DNA of 64,000 nucleotides from Curvularia clavata (Eukaryota): NCBI GenBank assembly GCA_023920165.1, contig CP089274.1, positions 4,030,001 to 4,094,000 of the forward strand, read 5' to 3'. Shown piece by piece: positions 38,424 to 51,080 of this stretch (position 1 is its first letter; each line of letters starts with the position of its first letter). The notes under the pieces were generated by a model. It saw only the letters and a program-made list of their open reading frames with translations, ran no database searches and was not told where the DNA came from. The position numbers and the translations under genes were made by a program.

Positions 38424-40268
38424 CTATACAAGGCAAAAAGTCTTTTCCTCGTATTCCTCCGAACCGCTGAACATTTCCCCGCGCATGATATCGTCAACAT
38501 AGGCCTGACCCATGAACAAGTATTTGTCTCCCTTTGGTCGAAGTATGTAGGGTGTGTTGCCTCCATAGAGCACTACTACAATATCGCCAGGCTGCATGCA
38601 TTGCGGACCGAGACCAAATGTCATATTATCTGTCCAGAATAGGCGTCTTTGTCCGCAAGCGCTGTAAACAGTGCGTTCGAATTGTGTCGAATCTTCATCA
38701 TGGGCAAAGCTGCCCTCCGTCCCAGTTAATTGGAGCTCTTTTCTTCTGCACATGAAACGATGATAAGCACGGTAGTATGACTCCCCAGCGGCAGGGTCCA
38801 AGTTCTCAATATAGCGTGCACGTCGATCCCAAGAACCTGCTGTCAAAGTCCGCGCCCAGGCCCTGTGTACAACTTCCGAGTTTGATTCGACGAATACTCG
38901 GTTGAAGATATCAAATAAAGTGTTTGTGTCTTCGGGCCGAGAACCGGTCTCAGTAACCATATCGTTGTTTCCTGGCCTCGCGGGATTTTCACTGTTGGAC
39001 ACCGGGTCCTTGAGGTACTTATAGTACATGATTTCTTCAACATCGCATACTCTGTCGTAAAGCACACCTACAAGGCAGAGCTCCTCGGGTCGTGGATTAT
39101 GATCACCCATCACAACCGTTTCATTATCTCCGTATGGGTTCCAAGGACAATTATATTTAGAAATCCCCAGCATTTCCGCGGCAGCCCAAATGTCCCACCT
39201 TGGCGCCCAAGATCTGTGCTGAGACTTCAAGTTGTCTTCATCACCTGGATCATAATTGGGAGGGTGTGTGATGTAGGCGAATGCGTCTAGCCTTGAGTGT
39301 ACTCGAATGACAGCCAAAACTGTGTCAGCGTAAACCTCACCGACGCTCTTATCATAACTTAGGCCGAGAGCATCTACTTCCGACTGGTTTTTAAGCAGAT
39401 TCAGGAGCCCATACACTTTATCCCTTGGGTCGGTCGACTCGAAATCACGAAAATTGAATAAGGCTATAAGAAGCGGATACAGGTCTTTATCGCGCAGTGT
39501 ATCGGGATATGAGACAAATTGTTGAACATCGGACGGTACTTCAAAGTCACTGGTTTCTTGACTGATGCCCTTGTCGAATATCCAGGATGCTGCTAAACTC
39601 AAACACTCCCAGCTGATTTCATGATCCCCCCAGAGGACGAGGGCATCTTGTGCAAGGCGGATTTCTTGGACGCACCAGACTCTAGAAAACCAAGGTCGTT
39701 TATATAACTCTTTCAGGCTTTTCCAACTACTTTCGCGAAAAAGGTCTTTTGGTAGACTTAATGCCTTATATCTCTCCTTATGGTTCCGAAGCAAGCCACG
39801 CTCTTCATCGTAGTTGAGGCAAGCGTTGGCGATGTATGTACTGTATGCAAAAGCCTCCGCGATTTGCTCCTCATTTCCCTGTCCTAGCCAGATGACAACT
39901 CTCTTTGCCAATGAATAGATGCTGCCCATCAGGGGCACCTGATGGCTTTTTTCCGCACTGTCATTCTGGTTGATGCAAAGCGCGTCCGCCCAAATGATGC
40001 GCGTAGTGTCCGGAGAGCGTAGTTTGGTCCATGCATGTGAGAGCTCTGATCTAATAGTGACAGGCTGTCCATTGCATCTTATTTCAATAGATGAAGTGGA
40101 TTCACCCCATGCGTAGGACAGCGCTTCATAAGCAGGGGCGTCATCGATATTGAAAGGAAGGCAATAGCATTCCAGCTGCTGATTGCGATCAGAGGCGGGT
40201 AGGATGAAAAGAAGCCTGAATACACGCTTGTTCAGGATTCTCACAGTATAGATTGAGTTACCCGACAT
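38424..40268 (-). CDS. HET-domain protein, HET-6-like, intronless
   Basis: YEALSYAWG, IWADALCINQ, QVPLMGSIY, WFSRVWCVQE, TDPRDKVYGLL, SWAPRW, GDIVVVLYGG...GQAYVDDIMRGE. Confidence 0.93.
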   Translation of the reverse strand: MSGNSIYTVRILNKRVFRLLFILPASDRNQQLECYCLPFNIDDAPAYEALSYAWGESTSSIEIRCNGQPVTIRSELSHAWTKLRSPDTTRIIWADALCINQNDSAEKSHQVPLMGSIYSLAKRVVIWLGQGNEEQIAEAFAYSTYIANACLNYDEERGLLRNHKERYKALSLPKDLFRESSWKSLKELYKRPWFSRVWCVQEIRLAQDALVLWGDHEISWECLSLAASWIFDKGISQETSDFEVPSDVQQFVSYPDTLRDKDLYPLLIALFNFRDFESTDPRDKVYGLLNLLKNQSEVDALGLSYDKSVGEVYADTVLAVIRVHSRLDAFAYITHPPNYDPGDEDNLKSQHRSWAPRWDIWAAAEMLGISKYNCPWNPYGDNETVVMGDHNPRPEELCLVGVLYDRVCDVEEIMYYKYLKDPVSNSENPARPGNNDMVTETGSRPEDTNTLFDIFNRVFVESNSEVVHRAWARTLTAGSWDRRARYIENLDPAAGESYYRAYHRFMCRRKELQLTGTEGSFAHDEDSTQFERTVYSACGQRRLFWTDNMTFGLGPQCMQPGDIVVVLYGGNTPYILRPKGDKYLFMGQAYVDDIMRGEMFSGSEEYEEKTFCLV

Positions 40269-41362
40269 GGGTAATATATATATTCAACGACCGTATGAAG
40301 ATGCGATGGTGTAACAGAGCCTCGACCTCGATTGTGATTTCCGAGGGTCTCTAAAGTGTGTGTAATGTAATTGGTCCTAGTTCACCATTGCTGCCTAAAC
40401 TTGCATTGTAAACTATGATGCTTGGCATTCTTGGAACAAGAACAATTTTGTCAATTCAACCAATCAGTACAACCACATAAGCGCTAGGGGCGAGAGATGC
40501 GACGCGATAATCAATGGGCATGCTTAGCTGGTGACGGCACCAATAGTACTTGGGTTCAAGGGCTTTTTACCCTCAGCTGCATGTCAGCTCGCCAAATGTG
40601 GTAGCTGCAAAACCCTTGAGCTTCTCTACTCATAAGGAAAGCACATCATATAGACACTGCAAAACCTGTCTTAATCTTGGCACTAAAGTCTCTAGAACTC
40701 GACAAGATCGTCACCGGATATTAAATAGGTAGGTGTAGGAGACTGCATCTTCCAAAAGTTTGTACGTTTTTGAACTAGCCTCTGAACACCAATCCACCGA
40801 CATCGAACGACATCTTTCATCAGCTCAGGATCCAAATTTGAGATTGAAAATGTTGGCGGACGAGCTGAAAGATAATGCACTGTTCGGGGTGGCTGTTCTG
40901 TCAGCTGATAAATGTACGAGGCACCTACTAGCGCCAATGCAAAGGTGCGCCATGTCTAGGATAGTACCTCACTCTGCGAAACAGCGTTTGATATTCTAGC
41001 CCTAATCTTCCCTTGGAATCAAGACTAGAAAAGGACTACTGTTTCCAACCATAGGCTCTATAGGTTTTCAGAGAATTGCGAACGTCGCAAGGTATGATTT
41101 CAGGAACAATCGACCTCTGTTACTCTCTCCGAGCTCTTGTCCGAGCTTTCGCTTGTGAGTGCAGAAATTTGGTTTGCAGCCGTGGCGTAACGGTGGCTTC
41201 AGTTGCGCGCGAATCGATGAACAGCTTCTCGAAGAGCCGGGACATGTGCGGCTGGAGCTGAAGAGAAGATAAGCAGAAAATAATCCTGAATGTCAAACAT
41301 TTCGTCTCTTCACTCACCCTTGATGCATTCTGGTTTGTCTCATCGTAAATCAAAGTTCAGCT

Positions 41363-44300
41363 ATGGAAACCAACCTCCAATCCGATCTTCTCGAAGCCGT
41401 GAAAGCCGCCAATCTGCAGACCATTGAAGATATATTTTCTTCTCGACTTCCTCCGTTACAAGAATCGCAAAATTGGTCAACGCTCCTATCACTGCGACCT
41501 CTAGAGGTCGCTTGTGAGGAAGGACATGTGGGCATAGTGGAGTTTCTGCTCAAGCAGGGCAACCCAGAAAACTACTCCAAGGATCCGAACCGGACTACGC
41601 TATTGCATAGAGCAGTGAAGCGCAAAAGGAAAAGCCACCTTGAAACAGTAGAAGTCCTGTTGAAATTTGCTACCGGCGATGGTGGCAACACGACAGTGAA
41701 AACGTACGTAAACATCCAGGACGAAGATGAAAAAACAGCCCTTCATCATGCAGCTGAGAGAGACTACCAACCAATGGTTAAGTTGCTCCTCCAAGCAAAA
41801 GCGGACATGAACATCCAGGATAAGGATAGCAAAACAGCACTTCACCATGCAGCTGAGAGGGATCTTCGGTCGATAGCTAGGCTCCTCATCCAAGAGAATG
41901 TGGAAGTGAATACCCAGGACAAATATGGAAAAACAGCGCTCCATCACGCAGCTGAGAGAGGCTACTCATCAATGGTCGGGCTTCTTCAAGAATATGTGAA
42001 AGTAAATATCCAAGACAGATATGGAAAAACGGCACTCCATTATGCAGCTGAGAGAGACTACCGGTCGATAGTTGGTTCCCTTCTCGAAGCAGGTGCGGAC
42101 GTGACCATCCCAGACAATGATCACCTTTGCGCCGCGCAGGCCGCTTGTGTAGCATCAAAATATGAGACGATGAGAACTTTGTTTGAGAAGAACAAAGCGA
42201 GGTTGAATGCCAAAATGGAAGGCGGTGCGGCTGAGGGATACACATGTCTTCAGCTGCTCACGAACAGAGATTCCGGGACCGCAGTCAAGTACCTTCTCGG
42301 TCTCATGGGAATAGCAGAAACGAATAATATGAATGATCGTTCAAGAGCATGGAGATTAGCCTGTGGGGCAGAAGGAGATTCTAAATCTGACCTTTGTGAC
42401 TGGTCGTATCACAAAGCTCGCCAATCCTATACGGCCATCCAACGCTTTCCAATCAATCTTGAAGCCGCCATTGCGCTCATTGCCCATGAATTCGGGTCCC
42501 GCCATGGCCGACTGCCATTTTCCTGGGACGAGAGTTTGCTCAAAACTGGCATCACCTGCTATTCATTCCGCCTAAACCATGTAAGTAAGTGACATATTTT
42601 GAAAACAACGAGTACTGAAAACGAGTAGTTTAGAGGTATATACGTAAGAACATTTGGCAACAAAGCAAAGTTTGATGCACCATTAATGAATCCAGGCATT
42701 ACTTGGAGAGCTTCTGGACAAGAAATCCATAGAAATTCAAGATGTGAAGCAATTCATAAACGGCTTCGAAAACGAACAGTATATCGTGGACCCAGAGGAC
42801 CCCTCGCCTGCATTCCTCAAGCTTCCAGAGCCTTTCTGTACCGTCCCTTACGGTAGCAGTTCTAAATACTTCACCATTGCGGTATGGGAATCTAAGTTTC
42901 ATTCTTATCTCGGTCTAACTCTTGCAGATGCCTTATTTCAAGGTGATGTCTTTGGAATCGATGAGAAAGTCTAGGAAGTGCATGGACAATGGATATCCCC
43001 TGAGTTCGATCTCAAAACTCATTTCACTACGGTACCGGTTTTGCCCCAGCTATTCACTTGAATCCCTCAAAGCACCCTATATGCCACTCACGCTTGACGA
43101 GTATTGCTGTCCTGCGTTACCGATATCGATGTTGAATCGCCGGAACGACGACCAAGTACTCATCAAGGCTACGAAAAGCAAATCCTACTCAGGAGACCTT
43201 GTCACTGTGTGTCAATTGTGGACCCTGCAATTCGAGAAGGGACTAATCGTAGCCCATGAGCGGGACGATATCTCGAGTGATCTTGACTCTGATCAACAAT
43301 TTCCAACTTGGGGATACGACTGCACGACTGGAAACATTAAGCGGTGCATCGGTGTCATGCTGTCTCATTTCATTGACAGTCTTGATCGATCATCTGCAAA
43401 TGCGACGGGCTCGCGGACTCGTATTCTCAATACCTTCGAGCACTTCATTGCGCGCATAGCGCAGGAAGTAGATGAGTATAGCAGGAGAAAAAACTTGAAA
43501 AGGTTCAACTTTGACACGGAAAGACAGTTCTTGCATGATATCGACGATATAAGAGGGGAGTTAAGGATGATAATGCGTGTCATACTACAGCAGGAAGAAG
43601 TTTGGAAAACGTTTGCAAGTAATGCCTGGCCAGAATACTGGAAGAATGGTCTCGAAGGATGTATGGTGGTGCAAAATAACGAAAAGAAATCATCGGATGA
43701 GTGGCACCTCATTTTGCGGCCCCAATCTCAATTCAACAGATTCCGCAGTCGTATCGCGCAACTTGATGAAGATGCTGCACGCATTGAGAAATCTATTGTT
43801 GCCAAGCTGGACCTAAAACAGAAGCACGCCAGTCTTCAAGAGGCACACGCAACGGCGGTCATGAGCGCGGCGGTTCTTGGTTTCACAGTCATCACTATCA
43901 TCTTCACGCCATTATCTTTTGTCACCAGCTTATTCGCATTGGCAATTGACCGTTTTCAGAAGAACCAAGTTGATTTCTTCGTTCCTGGCCGTGAAAACGA
44001 AGCTGATTTTACCAATCGAACGCGAGTATACACGACAAACTACATAGGCAAGTGGGCTGGTAAGTTTCTCATCTCTATTCTTATGAATTCCGCTTAGCAA
44101 CAGCAGCCACAACCGAACTCGTCTCCATCGCGGTTTCCCTATTGGCAATGTGGCTTGTCGTCGAATATGGCATGGACGTGCCTGTGTTACAAACCCCGAG
44201 AACATGGATGATGGACAATTTGAGATTATCGATGGTCTCTTTGGGGTGGTTGATAAAATTCGTGTGGTTGTACATCTGCTCTGCACCGCGGTGGTGTAGG

Positions 44301-44393
44301 AACTTTGTGCGGCAATGCTCTAAAGGGCGGAAAAAGGATGATTCAGCAGGAACTCCAATGAGTGATTTGGCAGAGTCGGGACCCTCAGTTTGA
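41363..44393 (+). CDS. Ankyrin-repeat protein with C-terminal CorA-like two-TM domain (exons 41363-42580, 42629-42643, 42696-42881, 42928-44059, about 44098-44393)
   Basis: KTALHHAA ankyrin repeats; MPY, TLDEY, QLW, DIRGELRMI, LDLKQKHAS and FTVITIIFTPLSFVTSLFAL motifs typical of fungal CorA-like proteins; canonical introns join the ORFs in frame. Confidence 0.85.
41708..42105 (+). repeat. Four tandem 99/99/96-bp ankyrin-coding repeats conserved at the DNA level
   Basis: gcagctgagag recurs at 41750, 41849, 41948 and 42044. Confidence 0.9.
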
Positions 44394-45008
44394 GGCTATG
44401 ATACTAGGCAGGCGAGTTTGCACTATAGGACGGTGAGCAGGGTCTACGAAAGGAATTCAAGGTCCTTTCATTTACCAATCGAGTGATTTTTTTTGTAGTT
44501 CCTGCTTTGCCATCATATCCGAATCATTTTCTGCAAACTCTTTGGTTGCTTATCGTCATAGTTTTCCTTTTCTTTTGAGTACTGCGACCTCGACTGGGCC
44601 TTTTCTATGAAGGCAAGAACAAATCGCAGCCCAACAAGTCCGTACAAAGGTCTCACACAAAAGATTGTCTGCCCAGGCCGCATGTAAGTCAAGCTCACAA
44701 AAGCCAATGAATCATATATGAGAGGAAGGATCACATGCGAATAATAGCATTGCATGATACCTGTCCAAGCATGACACCTAGTTCAGGTTCTTTCAAACTG
44801 CATCTAAAGAAAGACTTCTCGTTCGAACGATTCGTACATAAGGCATCAGCAAATGGAACAATTCATGTTGACAACAACATGCTGTTGATGTCTTGCTGGA
44901 AAACGAGAGAGAGCCGTCACTCAATGGCCCTTGCGAACGGGTTTGCTTTTGGAAGCCAAATATTATGCAATTGGTTCCTTAGCTCCTCACACATATGCAT
45001 ATAAGAAA

Positions 45009-46451
45009 TCAGCAAATACATTTTCTAATAAGTTCTTCCACCCCGCTCTTTATAAATGCAACTACCTTCTGCATTAATTCAGCTTCTACTGCACCCTCCC
45101 CCCAACAAAAGTTTAGAGTGGCGTTCCCATCACCACCTGTGACGACGCTGAGTGCAAAGGCACTCGTCACTACATTCGGGGATTGACTGAAAACCATCCT
45201 TCCAACGTTCCATGGATCCTCTCCAGTTCCTTGATTCCGCCACACTCCCACATTGGATAACTCTGCCGTGGGATTGCGTGGCTTGCCAAGTTTCTCGAGG
45301 AAAAACCGTGGCATGGAAGAGACGTATTTCAATAGCGCGATTGGGTTGTCCGCACCAGACTTGTTCATCTCTGCGGTGATTGTGGACTTGACTGCCCTGG
45401 CTGTTTCCCACGAGAAGTTTTGTAGGATGTCGATTGTGGACTCCTCAGATGGAACAGGTCTCTTATGCAGGAAACTGTAACCGCCGATCGCGAGCGTCAT
45501 CTGCTTTTCTTCAATGTTTAAAAGTCGTCGCACTGATGTCGCACCCTCAATGTTCAGTTGCTCGCATATGTCAGCTGGAAGGTTCGTAAAGAGTGAGGCG
45601 GCCAAAAGGCATTGCAAAGTTGCTGTTACGCTAGTCTTTTCTTTACGACAGGCCCGAACTAGCTTGCTGGTAGTATCTCTAGACAATACAAGCGTAAGAA
45701 ATTGCGGTCGAGGAGGTACTACAATGTCTCCTGGGACAGCGTGGCCAGTCCACAATGTTGCTGGGCGCTTATCAAAGACTGAGGGTAGCAAAGACCCAAG
45801 TATGGCCTTGCCAAAGAAGCCCCATGATATTGGCATGGAATGCAGCTCCTCGAAGGGTGGAAGTAGGGTTTGGCTCAGTGTTTTCACAATTGGGTCCATG
45901 CTGCTAGTCGGTTCTATGCAGTTTAGGCCTGCAAGGAAAGACTCGTGGAACAAGAATGCTGAGGCACCGTCCGCCAAAGCGTGATGCCACATCCATGTCG
46001 CAGTGAACTTGGACGTCTCGGACGATGAACTTGTCACGAGTAAGCGCCAAAAAGGCCTACTGCCTAAGTCTTCCTTGAAATCTCTACTATGCTGTTGCGC
46101 CAGTAGCGTGTCCAATTCGTCATCGGTCTCTCCATCGCTTGGAAACGGATTGCTGCGTTCGTAAAACTCTGTGCAAGTGCGCAAGTCAATTTCAGGCAAT
46201 CGCGCAAAGTACACGTGCGGGTGAGATTGGTCTTCATTGAGGGCGATGGCACTTAGAGGCGGGTGTTCAGCGATGACATGACGCAGCGCTGAATATACCT
46301 GGGTTTCCAGCGGTACTGTCGTGGGCTCTTGAGTGAAGTACTCGCTAGTAAACGCCACGCTTTTGTAAAAACCCAAATGATGCCGTGCTGTACTATAGGT
46401 TTCTAGTCTGCCACAGGGTCGCAATTTCTCGAGCTTTTTGAAATCTGACAT
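45009..46451 (-). CDS. Alcohol acetyltransferase (CoA-dependent acyltransferase), intronless
   Basis: HxxxDG motif (HHALADG), PFWRLLV, ELSNVG, MVFSQS; N-terminal LRPCGRLE. Confidence 0.88.
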   Translation of the reverse strand: MSDFKKLEKLRPCGRLETYSTARHHLGFYKSVAFTSEYFTQEPTTVPLETQVYSALRHVIAEHPPLSAIALNEDQSHPHVYFARLPEIDLRTCTEFYERSNPFPSDGETDDELDTLLAQQHSRDFKEDLGSRPFWRLLVTSSSSETSKFTATWMWHHALADGASAFLFHESFLAGLNCIEPTSSMDPIVKTLSQTLLPPFEELHSMPISWGFFGKAILGSLLPSVFDKRPATLWTGHAVPGDIVVPPRPQFLTLVLSRDTTSKLVRACRKEKTSVTATLQCLLAASLFTNLPADICEQLNIEGATSVRRLLNIEEKQMTLAIGGYSFLHKRPVPSEESTIDILQNFSWETARAVKSTITAEMNKSGADNPIALLKYVSSMPRFFLEKLGKPRNPTAELSNVGVWRNQGTGEDPWNVGRMVFSQSPNVVTSAFALSVVTGGDGNATLNFCWGEGAVEAELMQKVVAFIKSGVEELIRKCIC

Positions 46452-47631
46452 GGCGAGATTGACTTCGTTTGTTGTTTAGGGAGTAGAACGTTGTCGAACA
46501 AGAGTTCACTTGGGACTGAAGACTTACCATAAATCGTGCTGCCGGAAGCTCCGTAAGTGGTGGCCTAAAGGCATCTAACTATCTATAGTTCGTAGGTGTT
46601 CCTGTATTAGCTTGATTGGCCAAGTATGACGTGTTGACGTCGAACACATTTTCTACATGAATAACGTGCTTAAAATGAGCCGTTATCTGATTAAAACAAA
46701 GAAGGATATTCGAGAGGGCTACGGAGATGGCAAGTTCAAAGGAGAGCACGTCGTACACAGCAGAGTGGCGATGAAGGTACAAGCTACACATCACGTGACG
46801 CTGACTCGAGGCGCAAAACCAAATTTCCAGAAACCATGTGATGGCAGGGAGTCCCCGGCGATCACCCCTCAGCTACTAGTCCACCCGTGGCCTGCTATGT
46901 CTAAGGTGGTAAAAAATCCGCTCAAGTAAAAGGCGGGAACTCGTCTGCTGTCATTATAGCTCAAATTCCCATTCCTATTGGTGGAGTTGGGACAATTCTG
47001 GCATAGATAGGATAAAGTTGATGTTCTGTGCATTGTGCCGCACTACTCATGGTGCCGCACCACGCATAACAACGGCCCGCGAATTACGCCGTGGGCTGTG
47101 AAGTACGGTGAATGCAGGCTAGCTTGGAAATAGCCATCGCACTACCATTGGACGAAACGCTAAGATCTTTCAGTAGAACAGCAGAACGATAGTGACAAAG
47201 CAAAGTCCAGAGCATTTAAAACGGCGGTGAGTCGGAGTCGCGGCCCATGCATTTGGGAGCCTATATGGAATGTAGCAACAATACTAGTTCCAATGCTCCG
47301 ACACTAGGCTCGAACACGGAAAAAAGCTTCTTATTGCCAAGTGACGAGAAGCCATGAGCTTGTTTCGTTTGTTCGCTGAACCGAAACAGGGGTACAATCT
47401 GGTATTCATGCCCATAGACCTGAGACGGACACGGGCAGCCCTTGAGTGTGTTGTCTAAGTATTCGTTTATATTAGGGCCGAGATAGAGCACCTGGAACCA
47501 GATTCAGTTAGCATGAATTTATTCAGTCTGGATAAGAAGGGCTTCATCGAATGCCCATCTCATTCATCCACTTCACTCACAACTTCCAATCCCACCAGTT
47601 TCATATCATTCGATTCTCCAAAGCCATCGTC

Positions 47632-47988
47632 ATGAAGATTCAAGCCATTGTCCTTCTCTTCGCCGCCGCGGTCTCCGCTACGGTGAGTTTGGTTGTTCCA
47701 AAAAAAAGTCATTCTAGATGCTAATACTCGAGATTTTAGTCATGCTATGACCACGACGAAAAGTTTCTTCCCAGCAAAGCTGAGTTGCCTCAGGCCGGCG
47801 ATTCCAACAACAACTGGTCATACTGCCCATCTAAGAACGGATGTTGTTCCAACGGCAAAGTATGGGTCTCCTGCAAGAGCGTAAGTTGTTCCTCCTCTTA
47901 GTTGGTACTGTCAGTATGAACTGACAATTTGCAGAAATGTGCGGGTGGTGCTTCGTGCAGTATTAGTGGTACCTCATCTTCTTGCTAG
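47632..47988 (+). CDS. 81-aa small secreted cysteine-rich protein (exons 47632-47682, 47740-47880, 47935-47988)
   Basis: Signal peptide MKIQAIVLLFAAAVSA; two canonical phase-0 introns; 8 Cys; absent from the ORF track. Confidence 0.88.
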
Positions 47989-49134
47989 AGCAACCGCTAG
48001 CTAGGAGTCCGTATACCATCATTGGAAACCACGGCAGTACTCAGTTACTGGTCTGGAATCTATCTCATGTAAATATCTCTTCAAAAACCAAATATATCTG
48101 CCTATACAATACTAGCCCTGGTGATTCGTATCGCGTGCATTATAAAAAAACACTAGTGAAATCGGTGCGTTGCAATGACATTGTTGCCTATTCTTCAACA
48201 TAGCGACAACGAAAGGAAGAAAGAGGGCAGAGTGGAGCAGTAGCACGAGTGAAGCCATTAATCAAGCGGATAAAATGAAACCAAGACGCTCTTTTGACAA
48301 GATCAACATACTATACTCAAATGGGTGATAACTTCAATGTTCGCGTAGCTATACTACTGATACTCCTATCATGGTCACAAGTTAGACTGGAAGGATGAGC
48401 GAAGGGATATGATGAGGTAGTACTGGGTGCCAAGGTTGCGGTATATACAGTATTAATATCACCCCCCTTGATATACATAGTCGTGTACTCAAGCCTGTAA
48501 GTTCAAGGCTTGAAATTTGCATCTTCCATTGTCAGGCAACTTTCACCAAGGATGGGAAGTATTCTAAGGGCTATTCTTGAAATACATGCCGTGACTACAG
48601 TGTTTCGACGCTCAACCAGCCGCAAACCTAATAGAATCAACAGATCTGGCGGATATGAAGCAAAATCACAAGGCATGGGACATGTGTATTATTTGAAAAT
48701 AGTCAGGTCGATCTTCTCCATGCCCCTCTCCCCACACCCCTCCATTTTATTCCATCATTCAACGCGCTCCACATGCAGTATTGGATGAGGTTGTTCGAGC
48801 AATAACAAGCCTTTAGCCGAAATGCGGGAACGCTATATTGGTCCATCAACTGCCGACATCGAATAGGTGCATATGTAATGACCAAGACAATATATGTGTG
48901 CTCAGTGACATCGCGTGCGGTGGGGCCGGCAGTCCAGGCATCAAGAATGAAGAAATGGGGCAAGATGTGTTTGGCGGAGATGCTTCGCTGAGCTAGAGGG
49001 CAAGCACCTATACAAAAGGACAGGAAAGCCTGGATTTAAACTCGTTTCCAAGTGCGTACTATAACACGTCTTGCATTTCAATTCTTATATTTCCATCTCA
49101 GGCTGCCCGGCCATACTCTCACGCGAAGTAAACA

Positions 49135-50587
49135 ATGCATCTTACACTATTCCTCTTCGCGGCACTTGTGCACGCAATACCGCAATTTGGAAACAATCAG
49201 CGTTTTACCATGTTGCGATTTGGCTGCGCTCAAAGTGTCATTGATCGTATCGATCCACTGGTCAATCCGGGGCAAGCACCATCCCCACACATGCACCAGG
49301 TTGTAGGTGGCGATGCGTTCAATGTCACGATGCAGAGTACAGACATCTCCAAACTTGCTAGCTGTACTACGTGTGGTTACAGTGAGGATGTAGGTATCAT
49401 TTATATTGATAAAGGGTTTTCAGGAACAACGGGGACGCGCGGATACAAGAGAACTTGGCTAACATTGCATAGTTGAGCAACTACTGGACCGCGAACGTGT
49501 ATTTCAAAGCCAGAAATGGAACATACAAAAGGGTGCCGCAAATACCAAATCGGTTCGTTCTCAGAAAGCTGGTTTAGGGTTCTAAGCACAAGTGCGCTAA
49601 CCAAGGCCAGTGATCTTTTCAACGACAAGTACACTGGCAAGACCACTGGTGGTTTCGTCGTATACTATGTCTCTGGTGGCAAAGGCGATGTCACAGCGTT
49701 CAAACCGGTAAGCAATGACCGCAAGTTTCATCCATCACGCGAACTAGTTTGACATGTAAATGTTTCACGAAGGGATTTCGCATGCTCGTTGGCGACGCCA
49801 CGAACCGAGTGTCTAAGAACCGAAAGTCTCAGACTTGTTTCCGATGCTACAACGCACCCAATTTTGGCGGCGACAACGCTGCACCATGTCAAGATGCTAA
49901 GTACGTAGTTCACTTATATTTCCCACCATCATCGCAGTATTAACCGCTCGCAGACTAGACACAGAAGGGTTCCCTACGACCCCATGCCCGGGAGGTATTC
50001 GCAGCAACATTCTCTACCCCACGTGAGTGGCTGAGTTAACTTACTAACACCATATCACCGCTAATCTAACCTAGTTGCTGGGACGGAGTCAATCTCGATT
50101 CTCCAGACCATAAATCGCACGTCGCATATCCAGTCAATGGCCCTGCCCCGTTCACCGGCACCAGCACTGGCGGCGCCTGTCCCTCCACCCACCCAGTCAG
50201 AATTCCGCAAGTCATGCTAGAGGTACCGTTCTCCCTAAAGCTAGCTAACCCGATTTCTTTAAACTAATCGCACTGCAGATCGTCTGGGACACGAGTAAAT
50301 TCAACAACAAAGCAGACTGGCCTGCCGACGGTTCCCAGCCTTTCGTTCTTAGCACCGGAGACCACACGGGCTACGGTCAACACGGCGATTATGTGTTTGG
50401 CTGGAAGGACAACTCGCTTCAAAAGGCTATGGACGATGCAAAGGGCTGCATGGGTGCTAACTGTGGAAGCTTGAAGACACAGCAGCCTGCTGATGGCAAC
50501 AAGTGCGTTGTGCCGAATCGTGTTCAGGAAGAACGTGACGGGTGGATGGCGTCGCTTCCTGGTATGGATGGTATGCCTATGGAGTGA
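49135..50587 (+). CDS. Secreted DUF1996-domain protein (about 7 exons)
   Basis: Signal peptide, RIDPLVNPG, HMHQVVGG, SNYW, GFRMLVGD, CWDGVNLDSPDHKSHVAYP, CPSTHPVRIPQ, HGDYVFGW. Confidence 0.92.
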
Positions 50588-51080
50588 AGCTGCTCAGGCG
50601 GTGTTGTGGGTACGGTGATGGTTACTGCCATATAGAGGTATCGGTCGCTTTGACTTTCCCAAATTTCCGCGACGTGTCATTGCTTCACTTGGGCATTTAT
50701 GTACTCTCACAGAAGAACTCCGTCCATCGATTTACTAGTAAATGAGCCCAACATTTTCATATCTAGCGACCTATAAATTTGAGAGACAGAAGAACAAGTG
50801 TTTTGCAATGCTCATGCTGGTCGGGTTCACTCCCATAGTTCAAGTACTCATCGCCGCTCCACTCACTTTTCACGTCTCACCATATCTCACAAGGCTCTCA
50901 TCATTCGTTTGGTTGGCCACTCGCTGTTCATCTTGGTGCGTTCATGATGAAGTGCCAAGCTTTCTTTGTGGATACCAGCAAACACCCTCAGGCACCACCC
51001 ATCCGACAGGCAGGTATGACCTTGTCACTTGCATTCTCATAAAACTTGCGTATTACCTCTGCACCAACGGAAAAGCCAAC

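Noticed and set aside
40550..41353. Short ORFs between the HET and ankyrin genes as an amyloid-motif or third component
   Set aside because: No HET-s-like or Q/N/G-rich repeat motif and no convincing gene structure.
46452..46530. ATG|GTAAGT upstream of the acetyltransferase as an extra first exon
   Set aside because: The available acceptors do not join it in frame to the main ORF.
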